Notes: generated by a model from the letters alone, not told the origin. A stretch of 34,830 nucleotides of DNA from Anaerolineales bacterium (GCA_025057205.1 JANWXR010000004.1:1-34830); one strand, 5' to 3'. Positions 19,124 through 30,353 are shown, counted from the first letter of the stretch. Numbers and translations are program-made.

Positions 19124-20038
19124 CTAATCGCGCGCTTCGGCTTGCGACGTGCCTTCCTCCGCTGGTGGCTCGGCAGCCGGCGCAGAGTCCGAGGCCGGCG
19201 CGAGCGCCCCCGCTTCGCGTTGTGCCTTCAGCTCGTAGCGGCGCAGGCGGTGACGATGGCGCGTAACCAGCACCAGCGCTGCGGTCACGGCTACAATCAG
19301 CATGAAGGCCTGGTTTGTGTTGACGCCGAAGAACTGGGCGTTGTCCAGCCGAATGAAATCTAGGAAGAAGCGCACGGTAGGGTAGGCGATGGCGTAAATC
19401 AGCATCAGGTCGCCGGGCTTGAGCCAGTCCGTGCGCCGGCGTGCCAGGTAGAGCAGGCCACCGCAGATGAGCAGGTTGGCGAGGGACTCGTAAAGAAAGA
19501 GCGGATGAAAGCGCTGGTCGGGCGTGTAGGGTGGGATAGGGTTGTCAATCTTTATGCCCCAGGGCAGGGTGGTCGGCGCGCCATATAGTTCCTGATTGAC
19601 GAAGTTGCCCCAACGCCCGATGGCCTGACCAAGCGGCAAAGCCGGCGCGGCGATGTCCACCCATTCGAGAAAGTTCAGCTTTTTCCAGCGGGTGAATAGG
19701 TACAGGCCGAGCAGGCCGCCGAGCACTGCGCCGGGGATGCCCAAGCCGCCTTGGAGGGTGTTGATGGCCTCGAGTGGGTTCTCGAGGTAATACTGGGTGG
19801 TAATGCCTTGCGCGATCATGCTGGGCGGCGGGGTGAAGATGTGCCACAGCCGCGCGCCGATGATGCCGGCGATAAGCGTCCAGAGCAGGCCGTCCCAAAC
19901 GAATTCGGGGTTCTGGCCGCGTCGTTTGGCTTCAAGCGAAGCAAGATAGGCCGCGACGAACGCGCCGCCGACCAGGATGAAGCCGTAGTAGCGAAAGTAG
20001 AGGGGGCCAAGGTGGATGCCAAATTGGTCGAAGTACAT
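19124..20038 (-). CDS. lgt: Prolipoprotein diacylglyceryl transferase
   Basis: FRYYG, GARLWH, GQAIGRWGNFVNQELYG, HPLFLYE, RFFLDFIR. Confidence 0.95.
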   Translation of the reverse strand: MYFDQFGIHLGPLYFRYYGFILVGGAFVAAYLASLEAKRRGQNPEFVWDGLLWTLIAGIIGARLWHIFTPPPSMIAQGITTQYYLENPLEAINTLQGGLGIPGAVLGGLLGLYLFTRWKKLNFLEWVDIAAPALPLGQAIGRWGNFVNQELYGAPTTLPWGIKIDNPIPPYTPDQRFHPLFLYESLANLLICGGLLYLARRRTDWLKPGDLMLIYAIAYPTVRFFLDFIRLDNAQFFGVNTNQAFMLIVAVTAALVLVTRHRHRLRRYELKAQREAGALAPASDSAPAAEPPAEEGTSQAEARD

Positions 20039-20047
20039 TGCCGTAAC

Positions 20048-20683
20048 CTATTTCTCAGTTGATTTGGTCAGCGCCTGCCGACGCACATGCCAGGCCCGCT
20101 GTAGCGCGGTCACGTTTGCCAGGATGGCCATAATCCACAGCGCCAGCCAGGGCACGTTGAGGAGCAGCGCCGGGGCCATCACAAGGTAGCGCTCCATGCG
20201 CGTCAGCACGCCAACGTTGCAGTCGAATCCGAGCGCCTCGGCGCGCGCCTTGGTGTACGAAACCATCACGCTGCCCATCGTCGCCAGGAAGACCAGCAAC
20301 GCGTATAACCAAGCCAGCGGGTCGGGGCCGGTGACGTAGTAGTACAGCAAGCCCATGAAGATGAGCATCTCGCTCCAGCGGTCGGTGACTGAATCCACGA
20401 ACGCGCCGAACTGCGTGGGCTGGCCGAGGCGGCGAGCCATCGCGCCGTCCAGACCGTCAAAGGGGCCGCCGATGAGGATGAGCACACCGCCCCACGAGAT
20501 GTGTCCCAGCGCGACCAGCAACGCGCCAGCGACGTTGAACGCCAGGCCAAGGGCCGTCATCAAGTTAGGCGTCAGGCCGATTCGCAGGCAGGCCTCGGCC
20601 AGCGGCTCAATGACGCCCTTCAGCCGGCTGCGCATCCAGTCCGTCGGCGTTAGGGGTTTGGGTTTAGACTTTTCGGCGTGCAT
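20048..20683 (-). CDS. pgsA: CDP-alcohol phosphatidyltransferase, probable phosphatidylinositol-phosphate synthase
   Basis: TPNLMT, DGLDGAMARRLGQPTQFGAFVDSVTDR, SYTKARAE, RMER; directly downstream of ino1. Start set at ATG 20683 because the longer ORF is translated repeat. Confidence 0.85.
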   Translation of the reverse strand: MHAEKSKPKPLTPTDWMRSRLKGVIEPLAEACLRIGLTPNLMTALGLAFNVAGALLVALGHISWGGVLILIGGPFDGLDGAMARRLGQPTQFGAFVDSVTDRWSEMLIFMGLLYYYVTGPDPLAWLYALLVFLATMGSVMVSYTKARAEALGFDCNVGVLTRMERYLVMAPALLLNVPWLALWIMAILANVTALQRAWHVRRQALTKSTEK

Positions 20684-20692
20684 GCATTGGAA

Positions 20693-20752
20693 TGACTGAT
20701 AACTGAAGACTGAAGACTGAAGACGGATGATTGAGTCTTCAGTCATCAATCA

Positions 20753-20755
<3 letters not shown>
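20693..20755. repeat. Palindromic heptamer repeat (AGACTGA/TCAGTCT) between ino1 and pgsA
   Basis: TGACTGA TAACTGA AGACTGA AGACTGA AGACGGA TGATTGA..TTCAGTC ATCAATC ATCA; the ino1 stop codon lies in the last unit. Confidence 0.85.
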
Positions 20756-21838
<1,083 letters not shown>

Positions 21839-21895
21839 TCAAAGCCTCCAACTGTAGTGGGGGTGTCGTTCGAGCATTCGAACCAACATCGGCGT

Positions 21896-21927
21896 ATTAT
21901 ACGCGAGACATTTGCCTATGCTATAAT
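21896..21927. promoter_or_regulatory. Back-to-back sigma-70-type -10 boxes for ino1 (-) and tRNA-Pro (+)
   Basis: Minus-strand TATAAT at 21896-21901; plus-strand extended -10 TGCTATAAT at 21919-21927, 10 nt before the tRNA. Confidence 0.65.
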
Positions 21928-21937
21928 CGCCGCAGTT

Positions 21938-22012
21938 CGGGGCGTGGCTCAGCTTGGCTAGAGCACTCGGTTCGGGACTGAGAGGTCGGCGGTTCAAATC
22001 CGCCCGCCCCGA
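21938..22012 (+). tRNA. tRNA-Pro(CGG)
   Basis: Acceptor CGGGGCG/CGCCCCG-A, D arm GCTCAGCTTGGCTAGAGC, anticodon arm CTCGG-TTCGGGA-CTGAG, T loop GTTCAAATC; CCA not encoded. Confidence 0.97.
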
Positions 22013-22017
22013 CTGGC

Positions 22018-22055
22018 AACCACACAGGCTCCCCATTGCGGAGCCTGTGTGGTTT
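22018..22055 (+). terminator. Hairpin/terminator after tRNA-Pro
   Basis: Perfect 15-bp stem AACCACACAGGCTCC-ccattgc-GGAGCCTGTGTGGTT with a short T run. Confidence 0.75.
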
Positions 22056-22100
22056 GCGCTTGGCTCCCCGCACGCCCCAACGGACATGGGCGAGCTTATA

Positions 22101-22547
22101 ACCCTGCCCTCTTCCTGTGCGGCCTTTGGTAAAGCTGGGTATCTCCTCAACCCTGGCCGGAGGCCACCCGGACTCTCAGATTGTAGCCGTGAACTGCTTG
22201 TGTGACGATATGCTGCCGGCCTTGCACTACCGCGATGACCCTCAATGCCGGTGAGCCGCCGCCAAAGTGATGACGACCGCCTTGGTCGCCCGCCGGCACT
22301 TTGACGGAAACCTGGAGGGAGCGCGGGTCTATCTCCAGGAACATGGCTATGTGCCGCAGAGGCTGAGCAAAAGCCGCTTCAATCGGCGTTGGCAGCGGGT
22401 GCGCCGTTCTTCTTGGTGCTCTCTTCCACACGGTTGGGCGAAACGTGGAAGGATTTGAACGCCGGCGCGATTTACGCCGTGAATCGTTTTCCCGTGGCGG
22501 CGTGCGACAACGCGTGCAGCTTTGATCATCTGTATAGCAGCTTGGGT
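22101..22547 (+). mobile_element. IS982-family element remnant (frameshifted, internally deleted transposase)
   Basis: DSQIVAVNCLCDDML..DDPQCRVSAAKVMTTALVA..GNLE..LQEHGYVPQRLSKSRFNRR, then LGETWKDLN..FPVAACDN jumping to a C-terminal-like ACSF. Ends ACCC... and ...GCAGCTTGGGT resemble IS982 TIRs. Confidence 0.8.
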
Positions 22548-22649
22548 TAAATGCGAAACGAAGCTCTGTGCCATACTTGGCCTTCGTGGCACGCAGCTTC
22601 GTTATAGGCGAAGGGTTGATTAGCCACGAAACTGGGCTGATCAACCGGC

Positions 22650-22723
22650 TGGCTGGGGATCGTGGATTCGAACCACGGCATACAGATCCAGAGTCTGCTG
22701 TCCTACCACTAGACGAATCCCCA
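22650..22723 (-). tRNA. tRNA-Gln(CTG)
   Basis: TGGGGATTCGTCTAGTGGTAGGACAGCAGACTCTGGATCTGTATGCCGTGGTTCGAATCCACGATCCCCAGCCA; U1-A72 pair; CCA encoded. Confidence 0.97.
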
Positions 22724-22734
22724 GAGCGGTTGAA

Positions 22735-22763
22735 ATTCTAGCACAGCGCGCCGGGGCTGTAAA
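22735..22763 (-). promoter_or_regulatory. sigma-70-type promoter for tRNA-Gln
   Basis: Minus strand TTTACA-17 nt-TAGAAT with TG extension. Confidence 0.65.
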
Positions 22764-22824
22764 CTTCTGGAAAGCGCCGTGCTCCTGAGATACACTTACT
22801 CCATCCCACTTTGATGAGAGAAGA

Positions 22825-24528
22825 ATGACCGACTTGACGCCTACTTCCCCGCCCGCATCGGTGGACTTTATTCGCGCTGCCGTGCTCGAAGACATTCGCT
22901 CCGGTCGCTTCGGCGGCCGCGTGCACACGCGCTTTCCGCCCGAACCAAACGGCTACCTGCATATCGGCCACGCCAAGGCGATGGCGGTGGATTTTGGCAT
23001 CGCCGCGGAGTTCGGCGGCAAGTGTAACCTGCGCTTCGACGACACCAACCCGGTGAAGGAAGAGCAGGAATACGTGGACGCGATTATGGAAGACATCCGC
23101 TGGCTAGGTTATCAGTGGGATGGCGAGCCACGGTATGCGTCCGATTACTTTGACCAGTTGTATGAATGGGCCGTCAAGCTGATCAAAAAAGGTAAAGCGT
23201 ACGTCTGCGACTTGACGCCGGAGCAGATGCGCGAGTATCGCGGCACCCTCACCCAGCCCGGCAAAGACAGCCCGTACCGTAACCGCTCCGTCGCCGAGAA
23301 CCTCGACTTGTTCGAGCGCATGCGCCGCGGCGAGTTCGCCGAAGGCTCGCGCACCCTGCGCGCCAAGATTGATATGGCCTCCGGCAACATCAATTTGCGT
23401 GACCCGGTGATGTACCGCATCCTACACGTAGAACATCACCGCACCGGCAACAAGTGGTGCATCTATCCGATGTACGACTTTGCCCATGGCCAGTGTGACT
23501 CTATCGAGGGCATCACCCACTCGCTGTGCTCGCTGGAGTATGAGGATCACCGCCCGCTCTACGAGTGGTTCCTAAAGGAGCTGGAGATTTACGCGCCCCG
23601 GCAAATCGAGTTTGCCCGACTCAATCTGTCCTACACCGTCTTGAGCAAGCGCAAGCTGCTCCAGCTGGTGAAGGAGGGCCATGTGCGTGGCTGGGACGAT
23701 CCGCGCCTACCCACGCTGCGCGGCCTGCGCCGACGTGGCTACACGCCGGAAGCCATCCGCGATTTCTGTGCCCGCATCGGCGTGGCTAAGAACAACACCA
23801 CCATCGAGCTAGCACTGCTGGAGCACTGCCTACGTGAAGACCTGAACCGGCGCGCGCCGCGCGTGATGGGCGTCCTGCGCCCACTCAAAGTCGTTATTGA
23901 GAACTATCCCGAAGGACAGGTCGAGGAGATGCAGGCCATCAACAACCCGGAAGACCCGTCTGCCGGGACGCGCCTCGTCCCCTTCAGTCGTGAGCTGTAC
24001 ATCGAGCAGGATGACTTCCGCGAGAACCCCCCGCCCAAGTATTACCGCCTCGCGCCGGGCCGCGAAGTACGCTTGCGCTATGCCTACTTCATCAAATGTG
24101 TAGGTGTGGTGAAAGATGCCGCCGGCAACGTCATCGGACTGCGTTGTACCTACGATCCGGCCACGCGTGGCGGCGACGCGCCCGACGGTCGCAAGGTGAA
24201 ATCCACCATCCACTGGGTCTCTGCCGCGCATGCCCTGCCCGCCGAGGTGCGCCTGTACGACCGACTGTTCACCGTGCCCCACCCGGATGACGTTGATGAC
24301 GGTCAGGATTTCAAGGCTTATCTCAATCCCCACTCGCTCGAAGTGCTCACAGGCAGTGTGGTGGAGCCGGGCCTGAGGAACGCACAGCCCGGCCAGAGCT
24401 TCCAGTTCGAAAGGCTAGGTTATTTCTGCGTGGACCCGGACTCCGCCGGCGGTAAATTGGTCTTCAACCGCTCTGTGCCGCTGAAGGATTCGTGGGCCAA
24501 GATCGAGAAAGCGCAGCGGGGTGAGTAA
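22825..24528 (+). CDS. glnS: Glutamine--tRNA ligase
   Basis: [62 protein letters not shown]. Confidence 0.98.
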   Translation: MTDLTPTSPPASVDFIRAAVLEDIRSGRFGGRVHTRFPPEPNGYLHIGHAKAMAVDFGIAAEFGGKCNLRFDDTNPVKEEQEYVDAIMEDIRWLGYQWDGEPRYASDYFDQLYEWAVKLIKKGKAYVCDLTPEQMREYRGTLTQPGKDSPYRNRSVAENLDLFERMRRGEFAEGSRTLRAKIDMASGNINLRDPVMYRILHVEHHRTGNKWCIYPMYDFAHGQCDSIEGITHSLCSLEYEDHRPLYEWFLKELEIYAPRQIEFARLNLSYTVLSKRKLLQLVKEGHVRGWDDPRLPTLRGLRRRGYTPEAIRDFCARIGVAKNNTTIELALLEHCLREDLNRRAPRVMGVLRPLKVVIENYPEGQVEEMQAINNPEDPSAGTRLVPFSRELYIEQDDFRENPPPKYYRLAPGREVRLRYAYFIKCVGVVKDAAGNVIGLRCTYDPATRGGDAPDGRKVKSTIHWVSAAHALPAEVRLYDRLFTVPHPDDVDDGQDFKAYLNPHSLEVLTGSVVEPGLRNAQPGQSFQFERLGYFCVDPDSAGGKLVFNRSVPLKDSWAKIEKAQRGE

Positions 24529-24550
24529 TGGCTTAAGGGGTGAACAGGAT

Positions 24551-24607
24551 ACATATTGCGTATTCCGTAGCGGACGAACACTGTGCAACACGCAATACGA
24601 GATACAC
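24551..24607. repeat. Palindromic heptamer repeat between convergent glnS and the STAND kinase gene
   Basis: ACATATT GCGTATT CCGTA ... GCAACAC GCAATAC GAGATAC. Confidence 0.75.
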
Positions 24608-24608
24608 T

Positions 24609-27434
24609 CTACGGCGGACATGGCCCACGCAGATAGCGCCGGCACTCCGCCGCCGTCCAGGTGCGCGTGAGGGCGCGGCGTGCTGCTTCGAGGAGCGCAG
24701 GTGTATCTTCAGGCGACGCCTGGTTCGGGTCGGCGGCACGCAATGCTCGGCGCAGGGCGTCCTCGACTTCCGGCATCGGGCGCTCGGTAAGGGAGGCAGC
24801 GTGCAGGGCGAGCAACAGGCTAAGTTGGGGATCGGTGGACGCAACCAGTTGCGCCTGCGCGGCCAGCTCGTACACCTGCGCCAGACGCGCCTGACTCTTG
24901 GCGCGACGGATGTTGACGCTAGCCCAGTAACCGGAGATGAGCACGGCGCTGACGGCGACCGTCGCCAGCGCGAGGATGAGGCCGAGGTAAAGTGAGCGCT
25001 GCCGTTGCTGCCGGTGTGACGTGGCCTGTTCGCCGGCGCGGCGCATCTCGATCTCGGCCAGACGCCGCGTCGCCTCGATTTCGCGCTGACGCAGGCCCTC
25101 GCGTTCGGCGGCCTCGCGTTCGCGCAGGGCAATGCTGGCGCGAATGAAGTCGCGCTCTGCCTGACCGATCTCGGACTCGCGCTCCGCCAGCCAGCCTTCC
25201 GCGCCGACAAGGAGTGCGCCGCGCAACAGCGCGCCCTCATCGTGGCCGGCGGCCTCCCACTGCTGCATCATGCCGCGTAGCCGCTCCTGCCAGGCGCGGA
25301 AGTTGCGGTTCGCCTGCATCCACTCGCGCAAGCGGCTCCAGCTGCGGATCAAGGCCTCGTGCACGATTTCGGCAGTCTCCTGTCCGCTTGGATCGCGATT
25401 GGTGACGAGCAAGCGTGCGTTCGCCAATTGTTGTACCAGTGGCCAGGCATCCTCCAGTTCGGCGCGCGTGGCTTGGCGCCGCGTGTCTTCCGTCCCCTCG
25501 CCGGGGCGCACCAGCTGGACAAGGGCGCGGCGCGCCAAGGCCTGCTGTTCGGCAGACAGCTCACTGTACACTTCCTCGGCGTAACGCGCCAACGCACCCT
25601 CCACACGACCGATCTCTTCGTAGGCCTGATGTGTCAAAAGCCTGCTGCTTTGTTTGGCCCACAGGGTTGTCAGCGCGAATTCGAGCAGCGGCAGGTTCCC
25701 CGGCTCTTCGCCCACGTCGTCCAGAATGCGCTCGACCAGGCCGGATTGGAACTTGACGCGCTGCTTGCGGGCCGGCTCTTTGATGGCGCGGGTCAGCTCT
25801 GCCCGCGTCATTGGGCCGAGAAAGAGCGTAGCGTTTTGCAATGCGTCGGCCAGCAGGCGGTGCGAGAAGGCTTGTCCAAGAAAGTCTGCACGCATGGTAA
25901 GCACGATATGCAACTGTGGACACTCGTCCAGCCCGGTGAGCAGCACATCAATAAACGCACGGCGCGTTTCCGGATCGGGGCAGACGGTGAACAGCTCCTC
26001 GAACTGGTCAATGACCAGCAGCAGGCGATGTTTGTCGGGCCGGCTGCGCAGAAAGAGCTTGACAGCGTTGGCAAGCCGCACCGAGCCGTCGCAGAGCGAG
26101 TCGGCCAGCGATTGTAACTGTTTGACGCGCTCAGGGGTCTCCGGTGGAAGCACAGCATTCGCCAGCGCCTCGAATGGGCGTGCGCTAGGGCGCATGTCGG
26201 TGAGCAGCCAGGCCTTTTGCTGGGATTGGCGCAGCGCAGGAGCCTGCCGCAGGCGCGAGACCAGCCCGGCGAACACCACCGACGACTTGCCACTGCCGGA
26301 TGGCCCGACCACCGCCGTCAGCTGTTGGCTCTCCACTCTGTCGCTGAGCGTGTCGGTGAAGTCTTCGCGCCCGAAGAAGAAGGGTGCATCATCTTCCTGA
26401 AAGGCAAACAGCCCGCGATATGGGCAGGGCGGGGGCGATGCTGCAAGGGTGACCATCGTGAGCGGCGGCGTTTCGGCGAAGTCCTGCTGTTCGCGCAGCC
26501 GGTGCAGGCTGCGCGGCACAATCGGTGGGGCGCTCGTCAACTGTTCAGCCGTCACGCCCAGCGCCTCGCGCAAAGCCAGCGCCAATGCACCGGCGGAGGG
26601 GTAACGGTCCTCGGGCCGCTTCGCCAGCGTCTTCAGGATGACCTGCTCCACCGCTGCCGGCAGCTCCGGATTGAAGCGCGTCGGTGGCGGTGGGGGTTGT
26701 TCCACCTGCATCCGCAACAGGTCGTCGGGGTTCTCGGCGTCAAAGGGCACGTTGCCCGTCATCAGCCCGTAGAGGATGATGCCGAGGGCGTAGATGTCAC
26801 TGGCGCGGTCGCCGGGTTGGCCCTGGCACAGCTCCGGGGCCATGTAGATGGGCGTGCCGGCAGGTCGTCCGCTGGTGACGACGGGCAGCGCGTCGCCGAC
26901 CATGCGCGCGATGCCGAAGTCGGTGAGGATGATCTGGCCGTCATTGGTGAGCATGATATTGCCCGGCTTCAGGTCGCGGTGGATCATATTGCGCGCGTGG
27001 GCATAATCCACCGCGGAAGCCAGCGCGTTGAACAGAAGGACGGTCTCGATAGGTGAGAAGGTGGGACGGTTGGGGATGGCCGTTAGGCTGCGCTCGTGAA
27101 TCTCGGTGGCCAGCGTCGGCCCCTCAATCAGCTCCATCACCATGTAGTACAGGTCTCTTTCCATGTCCACGTCGAAGTCGAAGACTTGGACGATGTTGGG
27201 ATGGCGCAGCCGGGCCGCCAGCACCGCCTCGCGCTCAAAGCGCTTGATGAAGCCGGGTTGCTCGGCAAAGTGCGGATGCATCACCTTAACGGCGACGAAG
27301 CGGTCAAGGCCGGGCTGAAAGGCCTTGTACACTTCGGCCATCCCCCCAGAGCCGAGTTGTGAGACGAGGCGGTATTTGCCGAGGGTGGTTCCAATCACAC
27401 GAAGCAGTTTAGTTGGGCCGGGCAGTTTTGCCAA
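24609..27434 (-). CDS. Ser/Thr protein kinase + nSTAND1-type NTPase + TM helix, lacking WD40 repeats
   Basis: Kinase GSGGMAEVY, VAVK, HRDLKPGN, DFG, APE; CPYRGLFAF..FFGRE, Walker A GPSGSGKSS, Walker B LLVIDQFEELF, LPLLEFAL, EIVHEALIRSW; TM LYLGLILALATVAVSAVLIS. Start may be GTG 27398. Confidence 0.92.
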   Translation of the reverse strand: MAKLPGPTKLLRVIGTTLGKYRLVSQLGSGGMAEVYKAFQPGLDRFVAVKVMHPHFAEQPGFIKRFEREAVLAARLRHPNIVQVFDFDVDMERDLYYMVMELIEGPTLATEIHERSLTAIPNRPTFSPIETVLLFNALASAVDYAHARNMIHRDLKPGNIMLTNDGQIILTDFGIARMVGDALPVVTSGRPAGTPIYMAPELCQGQPGDRASDIYALGIILYGLMTGNVPFDAENPDDLLRMQVEQPPPPPTRFNPELPAAVEQVILKTLAKRPEDRYPSAGALALALREALGVTAEQLTSAPPIVPRSLHRLREQQDFAETPPLTMVTLAASPPPCPYRGLFAFQEDDAPFFFGREDFTDTLSDRVESQQLTAVVGPSGSGKSSVVFAGLVSRLRQAPALRQSQQKAWLLTDMRPSARPFEALANAVLPPETPERVKQLQSLADSLCDGSVRLANAVKLFLRSRPDKHRLLLVIDQFEELFTVCPDPETRRAFIDVLLTGLDECPQLHIVLTMRADFLGQAFSHRLLADALQNATLFLGPMTRAELTRAIKEPARKQRVKFQSGLVERILDDVGEEPGNLPLLEFALTTLWAKQSSRLLTHQAYEEIGRVEGALARYAEEVYSELSAEQQALARRALVQLVRPGEGTEDTRRQATRAELEDAWPLVQQLANARLLVTNRDPSGQETAEIVHEALIRSWSRLREWMQANRNFRAWQERLRGMMQQWEAAGHDEGALLRGALLVGAEGWLAERESEIGQAERDFIRASIALREREAAEREGLRQREIEATRRLAEIEMRRAGEQATSHRQQRQRSLYLGLILALATVAVSAVLISGYWASVNIRRAKSQARLAQVYELAAQAQLVASTDPQLSLLLALHAASLTERPMPEVEDALRRALRAADPNQASPEDTPALLEAARRALTRTWTAAECRRYLRGPCPP

Positions 27435-27473
27435 CGAGGAAACGGTGAGCGTCGGTTGGCAAGCGTCGGTGGC

Positions 27474-27501
27474 TCAGTCATCAGTCTTCAGTCATCAGTT
27501 A
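27474..27501. repeat. TCAGTCW heptamer tandem repeat
   Basis: TCAGTCA TCAGTCT TCAGTCA TCAGTTA; same family as 20693-20755. Confidence 0.8.
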
Positions 27502-27536
27502 TAGACCTCCAGAGCCGCGAATCCCTACTGGTTCAA

Positions 27537-27615
27537 GAGCCTCCTGCGGAAATAAGGCTCGGGCGACGGTATTGCCGTTGCCCTAACCGGGAAAAACTCA
27601 CTTTCGAAGGAGCCC
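27537..27615. mobile_element. Degenerate MITE-like element with an internal REP-like hairpin
   Basis: GAGCCTCCTGCGGAAATAAG versus reverse-complemented right end GGGCTCCTTCGAAAGTGAG; internal GGGCGACGGTATTGCCGTTGCCCTA resembles GTAG-type REP hairpins. No clear TSD. Confidence 0.45.
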
Positions 27616-27625
27616 AGCTTGACCC

Positions 27626-28372
27626 TTACCTTGCCTTGCCCTGCGCGGCGACGGCAGCAGCGGCTTTCGCCACGGTCTCCGGGTCGCCCAGGTAGTAGCT
27701 CTTGAGCGGCTTCAATTCGGCATCCAACTCGTATACCAGTGGGATGCCGGTGGGGATGTTGAGTTCGACGATGTCCTGGCTGGAGATGTTGTCCAGGTAT
27801 TTGACCAGCGCGCGCAGGCTGTTGCCGTGTGCGGCGATGACCACGCGCTTGCCGCTCTTGACCACCGGCGCGATGACGTTGAGCCAGTAGGGGATCATGC
27901 GGGCGACCGTGTCCTTGAGCGACTCGGTGCACGGCAGTTCCTCGGGCGCGAGGCCGGCGTAGCGGCGGTCGAAGCGTGGGTGGCGCTCGTCGTCCGGCTC
28001 CAGCGGGGGCGGGGGCACATCGTAGCTGCGTCGCCAGACTTTCACCTGCGCCTCGCCGAACTTCGCCGCCATCTCCGCCTTGTTCAGCCCCTGAAGCGCG
28101 CCGTAGTGGCGTTCGTTCAACTGCCAGGCCTTGGTCACCGGCAGCCAGTCGAGGTCCATCTCCTCCAGCACCAGGTTGAGGGTATGGATGGCGCGCTTGA
28201 GGACGGAGGTGAAGGCAACATCGAAGGTGTAGCCCTCCTCCTTGAGGAGCCTGCCGCTGTTTATCGCCTCCTGGCGGCCCAGCTCGGTCAGGCCGACGTC
28301 CGTCCAGCCGGTGAAGCGATTCTCCAGATTCCAGGTGCTTTGCCCATGACGAATCAAGACGAGTTTGTACAT
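27626..28372 (-). CDS. gpmA: 2,3-bisphosphoglycerate-dependent phosphoglycerate mutase
   Basis: [58 protein letters not shown]; AAGGAG RBS before ATG 28372. Confidence 0.98.
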   Translation of the reverse strand: MYKLVLIRHGQSTWNLENRFTGWTDVGLTELGRQEAINSGRLLKEEGYTFDVAFTSVLKRAIHTLNLVLEEMDLDWLPVTKAWQLNERHYGALQGLNKAEMAAKFGEAQVKVWRRSYDVPPPPLEPDDERHPRFDRRYAGLAPEELPCTESLKDTVARMIPYWLNVIAPVVKSGKRVVIAAHGNSLRALVKYLDNISSQDIVELNIPTGIPLVYELDAELKPLKSYYLGDPETVAKAAAAVAAQGKAR

Positions 28373-28408
28373 GCATTCTCCTTGAATGTGCAACTGAATA
28401 CACAACAT

Positions 28409-28528
28409 GACTCCAGTGCAAAAACTATGATCTCACCGCGAAGCCGCGAAGGGCGCAAAGGCTTTGCTCCTGTTTTCCTTAGCGTTCTTGGCGTCTTCGC
28501 GGTTCACATGGACTTTTTTCAGTAGAAC
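28409..28528. mobile_element. Degenerate MITE-C carrying a nonamer palindromic REP-like element
   Basis: Left GACTCCAGTGCAAAAACT versus reverse-complemented right GTTCTACTGAAAAAAGT; flanks CACAACAT/CGCAACAT (7 of 8). Cargo ACCGCGAAG CCGCGAAG GGCGCAAAG ... CTTAGCGTT CTTGGCGT CTTCGCGGT (28435-28503). Confidence 0.55.
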
Positions 28529-28565
28529 CGCAACATGCAATACGGAATGCGCAGCGCTTAGCCCC

Positions 28566-30353
28566 TCAGGGTTCGTGCGCATTAAGGCGCCGGCTGGCGC
28601 GATAAGGCGGGATTTCCAACACCTCGCCGGCTCTGTGCCGGGCCTGCATATCGCGCCAGAAGCGTGGCGTGAGCAGATCGCCGTGCGCTTCCAGAAAGGC
28701 GCGCCGCAGCTCGCCGGTCAGCCCCAGAAAGTTGCCGAACTCCTCGGGAAAGATGTCCTTCTCGCCGACGTAGTACCATGGCTCGGCGCTCATTTCATCG
28801 TCGTAGCTGCTCGGCGGTGGCAGGTCACGGAAGTTGCAATCGGTGAGCATGGTCAGCTCGTCGTAGTCGTAGAAGATAACGCGCTTGTGACGTGTGACGC
28901 CGAAGTTCTTGAGCAGCAGGTCGCCGGGGAAGATGTTGGTGGCGGCCAGGTCTTTGATTGCCTGGCCGTAGTCCAGCACGGCGTCGCGCGCTTCTTCCGG
29001 CGATGCTTCGCGCAGGTACAGGTTGAGCGGCTTCACGCGCCGCTCGACATAGACGTGCTTGAGCACTACGTCCCTATCGGTAAAGTCTACGCTCTCGGTG
29101 GCCGTGGCCAGCTCCGCCAGCAAGTCGGGCGCAAAGCGCTCGCGTTCGAACGTCAGGTGGCGAAATTCCTGCGCGTCCACCAGCCGCCCGGCCCGGTCGT
29201 GCTGGAACACCAAATCGTATTTGGCCAGCACATCACGGCGCGTCGTCATCTTTGGCGGGGCGAAGTGGTCGCGGATGACTTTGAAGACGATGTCGTAGGA
29301 GGGCAGGGTGAAGACGACCATCACCATGCCTCGATCGCCCGGCGCGATGACAAAGCGGTCGTCGGAGCGCTCCAGATGCTGCAACAAGTCCCAGTACAGC
29401 TCGGCCTTGCCGTGGCGGTTGTAGCCGAGGGAGATGTACAGCTCGGCGAGGCGCTTCCAGGGCATGAGCGATTTGAGGAACTCGACGACTTGGCGCGGCC
29501 GCTCCAGGTCCACATGGAAGTAGGAGCGGGTATAGCTGAAGACGATGCTGACTTCGTCCTCGGTGAGCAACACGGCGTCTGCAGCGACGCGCCCACCCCG
29601 GTTGCGCAGGACGATGATCAGCGGCATGGCGCACTCGCCGCTGCGCAGACGGCCCACCAGGTAGGCGGCCTGGTTGCGATAAAAGATGGGCCGGAGCAGA
29701 TCGGCGGCTTCGAAAGGGCGCCCGCCCCAGTCCTCGCGCCGGCGCTCACGTTCGAGCACACGCGCGATGAGGGCGGCGTCGCGCTCCAGGTCTTCATAGG
29801 GAATGCGGAAACGCGCATGTTGCAGGCAGGTGCGGGCCAGCGCCGTCAGCGACTCGCCGGCGACGTAGGTGATGTACGGCGGCTGATCATTTGCGGTGAA
29901 GGTGGGCGGCGTCTCCAGGTCGGCGCCTTGAAACTCGATAGGCACATCAATGCCGACGGTATCGAAGACGCGGCGTGTGACGGAAGTGAAGTACGTCTTG
30001 GCGATCTCGGCAGCCGGGTGGCTTTGGCACAACTCGGCGTAGGCGTGCTTGACGTAGCGCCATAGGTTGCGGTTGCGGAAGCGTTCGCCGATGAGCGGGC
30101 GCAGGTGTTGCAGCGCGCCCTGGATGTAAATCTCGCGCACGTTGAGGCGCTCGACGGCATCAGCATGTAAGCCGCGCCAGTCCTGTTGTTCGAAGCGCTG
30201 CTGTGCCCGGCGCATCAGCCCGCGCAGCGCAGCACGGTAGCCGCCGAACGATTGCCAGATTGCACACGCGCACTCATGCGCCAGCTCGGAGACGGTGGTG
30301 GGGAGAGGCAGCGCATCCAGGTGAGCGGCGCCGTTCATTTCGCTCCGTTCCAA
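28566..30353 (-). CDS. aceK: Isocitrate dehydrogenase kinase/phosphatase
   Basis: [88 protein letters not shown]. Start may be ATG 30338. Confidence 0.96.
   Translation of the reverse strand: MERSEMNGAAHLDALPLPTTVSELAHECACAIWQSFGGYRAALRGLMRRAQQRFEQQDWRGLHADAVERLNVREIYIQGALQHLRPLIGERFRNRNLWRYVKHAYAELCQSHPAAEIAKTYFTSVTRRVFDTVGIDVPIEFQGADLETPPTFTANDQPPYITYVAGESLTALARTCLQHARFRIPYEDLERDAALIARVLERERRREDWGGRPFEAADLLRPIFYRNQAAYLVGRLRSGECAMPLIIVLRNRGGRVAADAVLLTEDEVSIVFSYTRSYFHVDLERPRQVVEFLKSLMPWKRLAELYISLGYNRHGKAELYWDLLQHLERSDDRFVIAPGDRGMVMVVFTLPSYDIVFKVIRDHFAPPKMTTRRDVLAKYDLVFQHDRAGRLVDAQEFRHLTFERERFAPDLLAELATATESVDFTDRDVVLKHVYVERRVKPLNLYLREASPEEARDAVLDYGQAIKDLAATNIFPGDLLLKNFGVTRHKRVIFYDYDELTMLTDCNFRDLPPPSSYDDEMSAEPWYYVGEKDIFPEEFGNFLGLTGELRRAFLEAHGDLLTPRFWRDMQARHRAGEVLEIPPYRASRRLNAHEP

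Noticed and set aside
22587-22601. TGGCACGCAGCTTCG as a sigma-54 promoter
   Set aside because: The -12 element is TTCG rather than TTGC; it is one arm of a hairpin (~22557-22603) downstream of tRNA-Gln.
21938-22723. Prophage or genomic island integrated at the tRNAs
   Set aside because: No integrase and no duplicated tRNA 3' end seen; only a small IS remnant.
27502-27625. Riboswitch upstream of the STAND kinase
   Set aside because: Hairpins are present but match no riboswitch consensus I recognise; better explained as a REP/MITE relic.
28464-30065. 533-aa plus-strand ORF
   Set aside because: Antisense shadow of aceK with no recognisable motifs; expected from high-GC codon bias.
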